NCBI GenBank assembly: GCA_000004695.1
Contig: CM000154.2
Span: 3,232,001-3,296,000 of the forward strand
Direction: 5' to 3'
Source of the DNA: Dictyostelium discoideum
Taxonomy: Eukaryota
DNA: 64,000 nt
The position numbers were made by a program, and so were the translations under genes. The notes beneath the pieces were generated by a model. The model was not told the DNA's origin and did not search any database. It was given only the letters and a program-made list of their open reading frames with translations. Shown here piece after piece: positions 1 to 14,113 of the stretch. Each line of letters starts with the position of its first letter. Position 1 is the stretch's first letter.

Positions 1-39
1 ATATTATTAATATTATTATCTTTTCTTTCTAATTGATTC

Positions 40-111
<72 letters not shown>

Positions 112-962
112 AATTGGTTTGATTGTTCAAGAATTTGAATTTGTTTTTCTTTATAAATTGAAATGAATAATTCAATTGAATTTAATTTTTGAAGAAATTG
201 AGAATATAATTGATTTAAAGTTTGTTGATGTTGTTTTGTTGAATTTAAAACTTGATTGAATTCAGTTTGAAATTGCTGATACTCTTCAAGTGGGAATAGT
301 TGATCGAGTAGTGTTTGTTGTTGTTTCATTGAATTTAATTGATCCGCTTTCTCTTTAACCAATTGTAATTCTCTAAAGATTTTATTATATTCTGATTGAG
401 TTGATGATCCTTCAATACTTCCACTACTATTATTATTAAATATTTCACTACCACCACTACCACTACCACTACCACTACCACTACCACTACCGCCACTAAT
501 ATTACTACCACCATTTGCTCTAGTACTAATATTCCCACTACCAATTTCACCACCATTACCACCAATACCAATACCAATACCATTACCAATATTACTTCCA
601 CCATTTATACTCGAAGCTGTTGATAAGGTATTTGAAGTTAAATTCAATAAATCACCACTACTGCAACCACCTAAACCAACACTGCTAACACCACCACCAC
701 CTCCGCTATTGCCAATGCTACCCATACCAATACCAATACTATCAATTAAACTATTTGCAGAAAGTGTTGTGGTTGTTAAATTTAAAGACGAAGTTGAGTC
801 TACAAATGACGTTTCTTTTTGTTCTTGTGGTTTTTCTTGTTCTTGCTGTTGTTTTTGTTGTGAAAGTTTTTTCTCTTCATCGTTATTATTATTATCAATA
901 TCACCTAATGATTCTAAGTCCACCATTTTTAATGGTTCAGTTTTACTTGAAGTACAATTACA

Positions 963-1003
<41 letters not shown>

Positions 1004-1509
1004 CATTATTGACACCAATATCTTTTTTTAAATTTGAAATACTATTATGATAATGTTCAATTAAATATTTAGTAGAACCAGGCTGTTTCGCTAGAAACCC
1101 TATCAATAATACTAATTTATAATTAATATTAATTAGAATATAAATTTAAACTATAATAATTTCATAAATTTCATTTATACATACGATTTGATTTTTTTAT
1201 ATTTTCATATTCAGATATTATTTCGCTTATAATACGATTGGAGAGATTAAAAATATTATTACTACTTCCACCACCACTGCTACCAAAACCTATCTCATTA
1301 TTACCATGATATTGTATTAAACCATTATTTTTATTTTTATTATTATTATTATTGATTATATCATTGTTATTGACATTTTCGTTACTATCAAACTTTTCAA
1401 TATTATCTTGTTTTATTTTTATATTATTATTATTATTATTATTATTATTTATATTTTCAATATCATCTTTCATTAAATCGTCATCTTCAAAATTATTGAA
1501 ACTTTGCAT
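1..1509 (-). CDS. Q/N/S/G-rich coiled-coil protein, 5' part of gene. Exon 1 is about 1185-1509. A 73-nt GTATGT..TTAG intron spans about 1112-1184. Exon 2 spans 1111->1 and continues beyond the window.
   Basis: The ATG at 1509 opens a 112-aa ORF. Its stop sits inside a GTATGT donor. The AG at about 1112-1113 restores an open frame that I verified codon by codon through 240-420. That stretch reads ...SIEGSSTQSEYNKIFRELQLVKEKADQLNSMKQQQTLLDQLFPLEEYQQFQTELNQ... and continues to position 1, where (CAA)n encodes poly-Gln. The ORF track does not list it because it lacks a stop inside the window. Confidence 0.45.
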
Positions 1510-2216
1510 TATTATTTTTTTTTTTTTTTTGTGACTTTCGGTTTATTTTCTTATTATTAATATTATTCTATCTCTATTTATTTATTTTCATTTGTTTATC
1601 AAACAAGTTATTTGTATAATAAAAAAATAAAAAAAAAAATAAAAAAAAAAAATAAAAAAAAAAAATAAAAAAAAAATAAATTTTTTCCCAGAAATTTTAG
1701 TATTTTAAGAAATTGGCGCCAGTTATTTGGATAATAAAAAAAAAAATTAGTAAACAGATTTATATATAAACTTTTAGAAAAAATTGATTTCTATTTTTAT
1801 TTTTAATTAGTTTTTTTTTTTGTTTTTTTATTTAATACCATAAATTAATAGTTAACCCAAGATAGTAAATAATAAATATTATAAATATTTTTTAAAAATA
1901 TTATTTAAAAAAAAAAAAAAAAATTGTATCAATTGAAAATAAATAAAAATAAAAAGATATTTTAATCTTACAACATTTTTATTTATTTTTTGATATAAAA
2001 CAAGCCAATGAATGAAAAAAATAATACAAACTGTTGTAAGATTTTTTTTTTTTTAATTTTTTAAGTGATTTTATTTTTTTTTTTTTTTTTAATTTTTTAA
2101 GTGATTTTTTGTGTACCCAATACCAGAACTGAATTTTTTTTTTTTTTTTTTAAATCGCAAAATTTTGAAAATAATTTTTTTTTTTTTTTTTTTCAATTAC
2201 ATTAATTCCAAACATA

Positions 2217-4515
<2,299 letters not shown>

Positions 4516-5129
4516 AATTTAGAAAAACAATAATATTAGGTCAAATAAAACTATTCCAATAAAAAAAAATAATAAAAACAAAATTAAAACTTCACAACAA
4601 TTTTATAGAATTTTTTTATTTAGCCAATTTAGAACAATGATAAAACGCACAGATAATAAATAAGACAATTGTATACACCAAATTTGCCTATTTCAGAGAT
4701 CAATAAAGAAATAAGAAAAGAAATTAGATCAAATAATAAATATAGAATCAATATCCACGAGATATCTGAAAAAAAAAAAAAAAACTATTGACCCTCTTTA
4801 GAGATATAAAATAAAAAACATTGTATTCGTCTCACCATTTAAAACATTTAACTGATTATTTAAATAATAAATAAATAACAAATTAAAATAAAAATTAATA
4901 ATATCAATAACAAAAACCTGAAAAATCCTAGATCGTCATATTTAAATAGAAGGTAAATGCAAAAGAAAGAACTCTTGATGAATGGGAAACAATTATTTGA
5001 ATTTTCTGATTTTAAATTATAAAGAGTAGTTGATGATATTTTAACTAGTCCATTGTATTTTCAAAAAAAAATTTAAGAAATATTTAATCTTAAATCATTT
5101 TGTTTTTATTTTTTTTTTTTGCCAAAACA

Positions 5130-5460
5130 ATGATATTCAACCCCAATCATAACAAAATAAATAATATTGATAATAATAAACAGTTTACTTTACCTAAACA
5201 AAGAAATAATATTCTTTTGTTTAGATTGTAAATTAATACCATGTTGTATTCAATGTATATCAAGCAAAGGTGAACATCATGGTCATAAAACTGATTCATT
5301 AGAATCAACTTCAAATATTCTTCCATTAATGAATAATTTTAGATGGTGTGTTTCAAAAAGAAATTGAAAGAATAGAAATCAATCAAACAATATTAAAACA
5401 AATAAATGATAAATACAATAAAATTCAATAACAATTTGATAATGATTCGTTAAATATTTT
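5130..5460 (+). pseudogene. Degenerate fragment of the B-box N-terminal exon of the same family.
   Basis: ORF 5167-5367 reads ...[43 protein letters not shown] and then diverges. Downstream there is recognisable similarity to the [18 protein letters not shown] region, but it is out of frame. Confidence 0.4.
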
Positions 5461-5700
5461 TCTTTTTTTTAATTTTTTATTTTCAGATGCCCAGAAAGGT
5501 TATGGTAATGTTTGCAATAATAAATAAAATTTAAAAGAAATAAATAAAAATATCAATAAAAATTACAAATTAATTAGTTCTGCGGGTTAATAAATGGATT
5601 TTTAATCTTTAAAATTTAAATATTTTTAGTATAAATTAAATTTTATTTTCATTTTTACATGTAGTATTTTTTAGTTTTTTTCTTTTTTTTTTTATATATA

Positions 5701-8700
5701 TTAAGCATCGAAATTAAAAGTATCTATTCTTGAATGCATTGTTTGTTTGCTTCTCATTACAATTGTTAAAGCTTTAGCGGCTACATTAATATCTTTTTTA
5801 TTTATATCTTCAGATTCAGTTGATTCGCATTGTTTTTCTTTTTCTTTTTCCTTTTCTTTATCTTTATCGGATGATTTTGAAGTTTTCTTTTCTCTTCTAC
5901 TACCAGATTTTGAAGGGGTAATATCCAATTCAATACCACTTGGAGTAGTGATGGTGATTGAAGAGGTATTAGAATTTTCAGATTGTTCAGAGATAGTGGT
6001 GATGGAACTAGAATCATCAGTATTTTCTTTTGTACCTTTTAGACGTCTTCTTTGTTTAAAAGCATCACCATCTCTAACTGATTGCATGATATCTTCAACC
6101 ATACCACCATCACCAACAGAAGTTGAACTTGAAGCCAATGGATTTTTATTATTTGTACTTGAGGCTATTTTACCATTCATTCTCTTTAATTGTTGAGCTT
6201 TCTTTGCTTTTGCTTCATCCCTTTTAATTGCACGTTCAGCAGCTTCTTTATCTCTTTGGAAATCTTTATAACATTTATCAAACATAACGATGAAACGATT
6301 GATTGTAACAAAGAATTCCTCAGAGGGTATTTTAGATTCTTCACCAAATAACACTGCCAACTCTTGGAAATTCTTTTCTGCTTCTTGAAATTGATCAAAT
6401 GCAATCTTAATTTCAATATTTGCATCCTTTATGAAATCATCCATAGTTGAGAAGAAATAAGACTCCTCTTTACTTCTCTTCATTTTACCAATACCATTAT
6501 TAACGGCGTCTAAATCCTTTTTAAGTAAATTTAAATCTGCACTAATTGTATTCATTGAGATTTTAACACATTCTTGAACACCTGATAAATCATCCATAAA
6601 TTTGAGAGAATCTGGGAATTTTTGCTCCAATTCACTAATAATGTAAACTAAAAGATTTGATTTATTATTTGCAGTTTTAGTATCGGCCAATTTAAGTAAT
6701 GCATCCAATTTGAAACCAAAACAATCACCTCTTGCGGTACCACCATTTAAAAAGTTACCAATGATTAAAACCACTTCCATAACCTTTAAAAAGTTTTTAC
6801 TATTTTTTATATCTTTAATTGTTTTTGTGAATAACTCTAAATCTGGTTTAATCTCTTTAAGTTTATCTGGGAATAAAATTTTCAAATAGAATGATTTAAC
6901 TCTTTCTGCTAAACTACTAACTGAATCCATTTCCAATAGAAAGTGTTCTGCTTTGGTTAACATTTTCAATTCACCATCTTTTTTAAGATAATCTTTAATC
7001 GCTTCCATATCTTCATCAGTTGGTAAATATTGTTCCAATGCTTTCAATGATTCCATCGTAAAGATATCTTCATCCAATGTGTATAATGCAGTTTTAATCT
7101 CTTCTAGTGGACATTTAAACTTTGAGAGATAGATTGCTAAATTTTGAGATTTCTTTGGATCAATAACTGATACTGTACCTGGTTTAGTTGATGATGTTGA
7201 TTTCTTATCTGATGCTTCCAATTTCTTTTGAGAATTTGCTTCTGGTGCAAAGAATAAATTTTCAATCTCACCAACATTTAACCAATCCGTCTTTATAGTA
7301 CCAAGATTTGTAAATATAGTTTCACCCAATTTCTTATTTGGAATTTTTGTCCATTGGAATTGTTTAACTTTTGTAGTTGGTTTTGATACTGTGAATTTTG
7401 GTGCATTTGCTGGTGGTTTATTTGAATTAAATAATCCAAATCCACCTCCACCTGGTGGTGGTGGTGGTCCGCCTTTACCTCCCATTGGTGGTGGTGGTGG
7501 TGGTCCACCTCCCATCATTGGAGGTGGTGGTGGTGGTGGTGGTCCTCCTCCTCCCATCATTGGAGGTGGTGGTGGTGGAGGTGGTCCTCCTCCCATCATT
7601 GGTGGAGGTGGTGGTGCTGGTGGTGCAGGTGGTGGTGTTGTTACAATTGGTTCTTCTTTAATAATTTGTGTTGGTTCTGGTGTTAATGTTGATTCTATAT
7701 TTTGTTGTTGTGGTTGTTGTTGTTGTGCTACTTCAACTTGTGATTTAAAATCATTTGATAAACTATCAGAAGATGAAGATGATAAATTTGATTTTGATTT
7801 TTCTTTTAATTGTGATGATGAAATTGGTGGTTTTGATGATTTTGGATTTAAAGGTGGTTTTGATGTTTGTTGTTGTTGTTTACGTGGTGATTCATGATGT
7901 GGTGAAGATTCTTCAGGTGTATTAATAACATTTATATGATCATCACCATCACCACCAGGTGGTGAAAAGAAATTTGAATCAATTCTTTTCATTTGACCAC
8001 GTAATTTAATAATTTCTTGATCTTTTTGTTTTACAGTATTAAACATATTACTTTTGAGTACAGATGATTCATGACTTCTAGAGGAGAGTTCTTGATTTGC
8101 AATGTTTAAATCAAAGTTTGCTTTTTTCAATTGATCTTTAACCTTTGCCAATTCTTCTATATTCTTTTGAAATTCAGATTGAAGTGCAACAGAGGGTGCA
8201 GTACTTGCCAAAAGATCCTCTAAACTAACTTTACCATCGTCATCACCAATCATTGGTTTATTGACAGAGATTTGTAATACCAACTTTTCAATGAGGAACC
8301 AACTTAACATACCCACTTCAGTATCGGAAGATATTGATAACAATGATTGGAGTATTGCCAATAGTGGATGATGTAATCTGTCTTTGGCCTGTTTATAGAT
8401 TTCATTAAAGATCACTTGAGGATCATTGATATCAATATCTAAATCCTCGAAACGTTCCGATAACTCCTCTTGATCAGCACGTTGTTCATCTTCATAAACA
8501 TCTATTTGTGTGAGTAAATCGGGAGCCTCTTCATAGGGAATATTTTTATTTACACTAATTACCTCATCCAATCCCAATCTTGTAAACTCAGTTCTCAATT
8601 GAATACGTTCATCGATTTCCTCTGATGAATTTACAATACCATTGACCAAAGTTAAACAAGTTGTTAAATACTCCTTATCTGATGAATTCATTACTTTCTT

Positions 8701-9478
8701 CATTGATTCCACTAAAAATGTAAATCTAAAACGTTCCTTACGAACTTGTTTAAAGTGTGTCATTGCCTCTAGAATCAATTGATAACCTTTCTCTGAGATC
8801 ATACATATCGCTGTCAATATTTCAAATACACTCGATCTTGTATCCGCTTTTGGTGTATCCATTGATGTGATTAACCTAATCATTGAATTGGGTGTTGCTA
8901 TCGCTTTCTCTATACCATACTTTGAGTTTAACAATGATAATAAACATGTTACCGCTAACGATTGTAATATAACATCACTATCCTTTTGACCATTCCTTTC
9001 AATGAATGCTAATACATTCAATAATGCCTCTATACCATTACAATCTATCAATGACTTTGACCATGCTGATGGTTTACTCTGTAATGATGAACATAATTGT
9101 GCCAAAATTTCAATATTTGGTAATAAATTAATTGTATTTACAAAAAATTCTGGTGTATCAACTGCTTTACCTTTCTAAAAAAAAAAAAATAAAAAAAAAT
9201 AAAAAAAAATAAAAAAATAAAAATTTTATATTAATAAAATAATAATATTAGTAATTATAAAATAAAAAAAAAAAAAAAAAAAAACATACATCATCAAATT
9301 TATCAGCTGATTTTGAATTTGTTGAATTATTTCCATCTGGTTGAAGACTTGAATATGCCATAGAATAACGTTTATTTGCTTTGGCTGGTAATGAAGATAA
9401 AAAATCATTCTCTGACTCTGTTGATCCTTTTTCGTCTGAATCTTTATCTTTTTTCTTTCTACCAAAAATTCTATTCAT
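5701..9478 (-). CDS. Diaphanous-related formin (GBD/FH3 - FH1 polyproline - FH2 - DAD). Two exons: 9290-9478 and 5701-9174. A 115-nt GTATGT..TTTTAG intron separates them. The product is about 1220 aa.
   Basis: Exon 1 reads MNRIFGRKKKDK...SADKFDD and ends at a GTATGT donor. Exon 2 begins KGKAVDTPEFFVNTINLLPNIEILAQLCSS. The track's 1134-aa ORF starts at an internal TTG. The FH1 region is PPPAPPAPPPPPMMGGGPPPPPPPPMMGGGGPPPPPPPP. FH2 covers the region after FH1 (ANAPKFTVSKPTTKVKQFQW...). The C-terminal DAD-like segment is GGMVEDIMQSVRDGDAFKQRRRLKG. Confidence 0.8.
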
Positions 9479-9486
9479 TTTTTAGG

Positions 9487-9519
<33 letters not shown>

Positions 9520-10224
9520 ATATTTACAATATATATATTTATACAATTGTTTTTATTTTACTAATCTATTTTTATGTGATTATTTTTTATTTTGTGTGTT
9601 TTTTTTTTTTTTTTTTTTGTATGTTGACTAAATTTTATTTGTGTTTTTACTAATGATTAAAAAAATATTAATAATCAAAATGCGTTGTTGATAAATTATA
9701 ATAATAATTAAAATAAAATAATAAAAGTACAAAAATAATGAAAAAAAAAAAAATGAAAATTGTTATTTATATTTATCTCCTCGCGGTTATGTTTTTTTTT
9801 GATAAAAAAAAAAAAAAAAAAAAAAAAATATTTAAAAAATTGTTTTTTTTTTTTTTATAAAAAAAACAATTTATTTTTAAAAAAATTTATTTTATTTTAA
9901 AAAAAAAAAAAAAAAAAAACCCACTATCTATATCTAGATTTATATAATCTGTATTTTTTTTATTATTATTTTACTTTGATTCAATATCTAAAGTAAATAA
10001 ATGTTAAAAAAAAAAAAAAATGATTTATGATGGACTAAAAAAAAAAAAAAAAAATTAAAAAAAAAAAAAAAAAAAACTATTTTTGGTGAAATAAAAAAAT
10101 GGCAATTAAAAAATAAAAAAATAACAATATTATGAAATGATGGAATAATTACTAAATATTTTATGATTAAATTATGATTGTTTGGCGATATGAGTATTTA
10201 GGATAAAAAGTTTTTTTTTTATTT

Positions 10225-10258
<34 letters not shown>

Positions 10259-11054
10259 CTTATGGTTTTATTTTTTATTATTTTCTAATTCTTTTTCAAA
10301 ATATTATATTATATTTCATTAATGGTTATATGAATATTTAGTGAGGGTACATCTATTTTTTTTTTTTTTTTTATTTATTTTTAACCTTTTTTTTTTTTTT
10401 TTTTTTTTTTTTGTTTGAAATAGAATTTATTTATATATAAATAATCAAATAAATTGGTATTATATGTGCGAGTGGTTGTATAAAAATGTAATTGGAATTG
10501 TGTGTGTGTGTGAGTGTGGTGAATATGTGTGCATGTGAGTTTCTGAATTTCTTTTATTTTTAACTTTTTTTTTTTTTTTTTTTTTTTTTATTCCATTTAT
10601 TTTTTTTTTATTTTAAAATTATTTAATTATCTTTTTTTTTTATCTTTGATGATTGCATCATGTAAATATGCTATATGTACATGAAATATTACTCGAAATT
10701 TCAAAGTAAAAAAACCTAATTTCAATTTTTCCCAAATTTTATATTGCCATTTTTATTAATTTTTAAAAATAGATAATATGTTATGAATAATTTTCTTACA
10801 TTATTTGCGCAATGTCACATCACTGTATTAATTTTAATTTTACAAAGATAAAAATAAAAAAAATTATAAAAAAAAAAAATAAAAAAAATAAAATTTGGAT
10901 AAAAAGTTGGATAAAAAAAAAAAAAAATAAAATAAAATAAATAAAAAAAAAAAAAAAAAAATTTTATTTCAAATAATTGCTTTGTTTTAAAATTAATTGA
11001 AAAACTTTTTAATTAAAAAAAATACTTTTTTTTTAGTTTTTTGTTTTGTTTTTT

Positions 11055-11091
<37 letters not shown>

Positions 11092-11092
11092 A

Positions 11093-11389
11093 TCAAAACG
11101 TTAATGAGAATGGAAATGGTTCATTGTCTATTGAATATGGTCGATTTAAATAATTGTTTAAACGATTTAATTCATTGATGATAGATTGTTTAAAAACAGC
11201 ACTTGAAAAAAATAATGTTTGTCCAGGTCTTTCTGAAAGTTGGAAAAATAATATATCGTTTGCTCCTATTGAATTCCGGTTAAATTTCCTTTCTGTAATT
11301 TTAGTTTTAAAACCAACACCAAAATCAACTTCTTGTAATGTTGAGAATTTTAAAGAATGTTCTATTCTTTCCAAAATAATTCTAAACAT
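11093..11389 (-). CDS. Hypothetical 98-aa protein, single exon.
   Basis: A 98-codon ORF with an ATG start sits in an otherwise ORF-free AT desert. Local G+C is raised and the composition looks protein-like. The opposite strand carries a mirror ORF of 83 aa. I found no family match. Confidence 0.25.
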   Translation of the reverse strand: MFRIILERIEHSLKFSTLQEVDFGVGFKTKITERKFNRNSIGANDILFFQLSERPGQTLFFSSAVFKQSIINELNRLNNYLNRPYSIDNEPFPFSLTF

Positions 11390-11483
11390 TTTTAATTATT
11401 TTTAATTTATTTTTTATTTTTTTATTTTTTTATTTTTGATTGTCTATTTTTATATTTTAATTAAATTAATTTGTTTTAAATTA

Positions 11484-11536
<53 letters not shown>

Positions 11537-12102
11537 CATTAATTAATTTCAAAAAAAAAAATATCTAAAAGTTGCCAAATAATCATTATGGCTACACTTC
11601 CCCAAAAAGCCAAAAAAAAAAAAAAAAAAAAAAAAATGTAACATCATCATTTTTGCAAACATAATCATTACGATAAATTTAATTTCAAAATTTCACACTT
11701 TTAAAAACAAAAATAAAAATAAAAATAAATAAAAAATAAAATAAAATCTGACACCAACAAAAAAAAAAAAAAATAAATTTTTTATTTCATTTTATTTTTG
11801 ATTTGGTTCAATCAAAAAATATAAATAATTGAATTCATTATGATATAATTTTATTTATTTCTAATATGATTTTAGTAATAGAGTACTCAAAAACACACTA
11901 AATGACATAAAATATTAAAAAAATATATATATATATTTTTAGATTTGTTTTAATAAATAAAAATAAAAATTAAAAAATAAAAATAATAAAAAAAATAATA
12001 AAATAAAAGGTATTGATACAACATTTGGCATTTTTTTTTTTATTTTTAGAAAGTGTTGTTTTTTTTTGGTTTTTTTTTTTTTTTTTTTTGAAAGGTGGGG
12101 TT

Positions 12103-12130
<28 letters not shown>

Positions 12131-12140
<10 letters not shown>

Positions 12141-12427
12141 TTATAACCAGGTTTTGTATAAGTGAAGGTAATAGTAGGAGTTGCTTTAATTTGTATCGAA
12201 TCAGACTCGCAAACTATATTTGAGCCATATTTATTCGATCTAAAACCGATAGAGGCATTTGGGGTAACTCCTTGATTAGAGTTTTTGCTTAAAATAAGAT
12301 TTTTTAAATTATCTGTTTGAAAAAAAAAAAAAAAAAAAAGAAAGTTATTATTTAAGTTATTTCTTATTACAGTTAAAAATATTTTTTATAAAGCACATCT
12401 TTTTAGAACATATTTACCAACAATCAT
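12131..12427 (-). CDS. Hypothetical small protein of 63 aa with two exons. Exon 1 is a 10-nt ATGATTGTTG at about 12418-12427. A GTAAAT..(T)n..AAACAG intron follows. Exon 2 is about 12131-12312.
   Basis: The predicted product is MIV|DNLKNLILSKNSNQGVTPNASIGFRSNKYGSNIVCESDSIQIKATPTITFTYTKPGYNKT*. Exon 2 is a G+C-elevated island that ends in a TAA followed by poly(A). A poly-pyrimidine tract plus AG sits immediately upstream. A tiny first exon is typical for this genome. Confidence 0.25.
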
Positions 12428-13689
12428 TTTTACTAAATTACAACATATCAATTAAAAAAAAAAAAAAAAAAAAAAAGAAATAAAACAAAAGTAAACAGTA
12501 AAAAAAATAAAAAAAAATAAAAAAAATAATAATTAAAAAAAAATAAATAAAATAAAAATAATAAAAATAATAAATAAAAATATATTCAATTATTATAATT
12601 TTGCGTTTAATCTCATTTAATTGAGATTTACAAGCACACTATGGTGGGAGTGTGGTAATAGCAATTATTTTCCCGTGGTATCTAAGCTATTCTAAATTGG
12701 TATAATAATAATAACACACATTGTTTTTATGTTAAAAAAAAAAAAGAAAAAAAAAACAATATTCTTTGTAGGTCTTAAATATCTAAGATAAATCAACTTG
12801 ATCAAGTAAAAATAAAAATAAAAATAAAAATATTAAATATATGAATAATAAAAATTTGTTAGGTTATTCAGATATATAATTAGTGTTTTAAAATTTTTTT
12901 TATTTTGAGTCTTGGATTTATATTTATTTTATTTCAGAGAATCTAATAAAAATAACATTGAAATCTTGTATTTACAATTTGAAGTTTAATCTCCTTAATT
13001 TGGTGATTTGATTTTGGAAATCAATAAGATCTTGGGAATTGTTAAGATCTTTTGATAGAATAATTATTAAGTTTTTTTCTTGATATATTCAGTATGACTG
13101 GATTATTACATTGAAGAGTGAAAAATTTCATCTTTAGAAGGGTTATCGCTTGACAATTTTTTATATTTTTTTTTTTCCTTATAATATTGATAAAACAAAG
13201 CTTATCCATTAGAGACAATAATAATTTTAAAAATAATGCAATTATTATTATTTTTAATTTCAAATAACCAATTTTTTTTTTCTTAATATTGATTATTCAA
13301 TGATTATGTTTTAAAAGAGAAAAACAGTTAATAGGTTAATTTTCATTGGTTTTAATTTTAATACAGATTTAATTATAAAATAACAGCTGGTTTTTTAAAA
13401 CTCAACAAAATTTTATTTAACTATTCATTTATATAATTTTTTTAAAAAACAGCAATAATAGTAAAAACATCTTCTTTTTAAATCAAAATTCTGTTTTAGA
13501 TAATTTAAACTAAAATAAACTGGTCAAATGAGCTGATTCTGTAAGATAATACTTTGCAAGTTTATTTCTTTAATTAAAACATTTGTTGGAAAGTCAAGCT
13601 GATAATCATAAGGTTCTTTTCCAAGGGTACAAAATGGTAGAATTATATGTAGTCTTTGTAAAGAAAAGATTGTAATTGTTTGGATATTT

Positions 13690-13706
13690 TAGTGAGAATC
13701 GAACCC
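13690..13706 (-). promoter_or_regulatory. External B-box (duplicated B-box motif) downstream of tRNA-Glu.
   Basis: The reverse complement is AGGGTTCGATTCTCACT, about 25 nt beyond the tRNA terminator. It matches the B-box consensus GGTTCGAnTCC. In D. discoideum, ex-B boxes are a known feature 3' of many tRNA genes. Confidence 0.35.
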
Positions 13707-13732
13707 TTGCTCTAATTTTTTTGATAAAAAAG

Positions 13733-13804
13733 CTCCCCATTCGGGAATCGAACCCGAGGTACCAGTGTGAAAGACTAGAGTGTTACCGACTACACCAATG
13801 AGGA
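13733..13804 (-). tRNA. tRNA-Glu (anticodon TTC).
   Basis: The reverse complement reads TCCTCATTGGTGTAGTCGGTAACACTCTAGTCTTTCACACTGGTACCTCGGGTTCGATTCCCGAATGGGGAG. It has a 7-bp acceptor stem and a GTGTAGTCGGTAACAC D-arm. The anticodon loop is CTTTCAC. The T-arm is GGGTTCGATTCCC. An oligo-T terminator follows. Confidence 0.8.
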
Positions 13805-14113
13805 ATTAGATGAAATTTTTAAAAAATTAATTAAAATTTGTTCGCGTAAAAATTTAGTTTCAAAAATTATTAAAATACTTGGATTTATTTTTTTCTCAAA
13901 ATAGTTAAATATTACATAGTTTTTGCAATTTCATATTTAATTTTAATATTAATTATTTATTATTCTTATTCCTATTTATTCCTATTATAAACATTATATT
14001 TTTTTTCAAAAAAAAAAAAAAAAACCGAAGGTCACATTTTTTATTTTTTTTATTTTTTTATTTTTATTTTAAAATTAATTTACTTTCTTTCTCTGTCAAC
14101 AAATTAACTAAAA

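Noticed and set aside
335-1050. Track ORFs 335-604(-), 709-1050(+) and 755-1012(+), which have poly-V, poly-L or poly-Y translations
   Set aside because: They are alternative-frame or antisense readings of the Q/N/G/S-rich coding repeat of the minus-strand gene. The verified coding frame is a different minus-strand frame.
7391-7897. A 168-aa plus-strand ORF rich in Gly/Pro, opposite the formin
   Set aside because: It is a mirror image of the FH1 poly-Pro (CCA/CCT) run. The reverse complement of CCACCACC is GG-rich.
5701-9478. Assigning a specific formin gene symbol (for example forF, on the basis of the ~1220-aa length)
   Set aside because: The length match comes from memory and is not reliable enough. 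The symbol is left blank.
12600-12700. Hairpin AATCTCATTTAATTGAGATT followed by ggtgggagtgtggtaatagc, as a possible snRNA or snoRNA
   Set aside because: I could not recognise Sm-site, box C/D or H/ACA signatures by eye. It is left as an unexplained hairpin.
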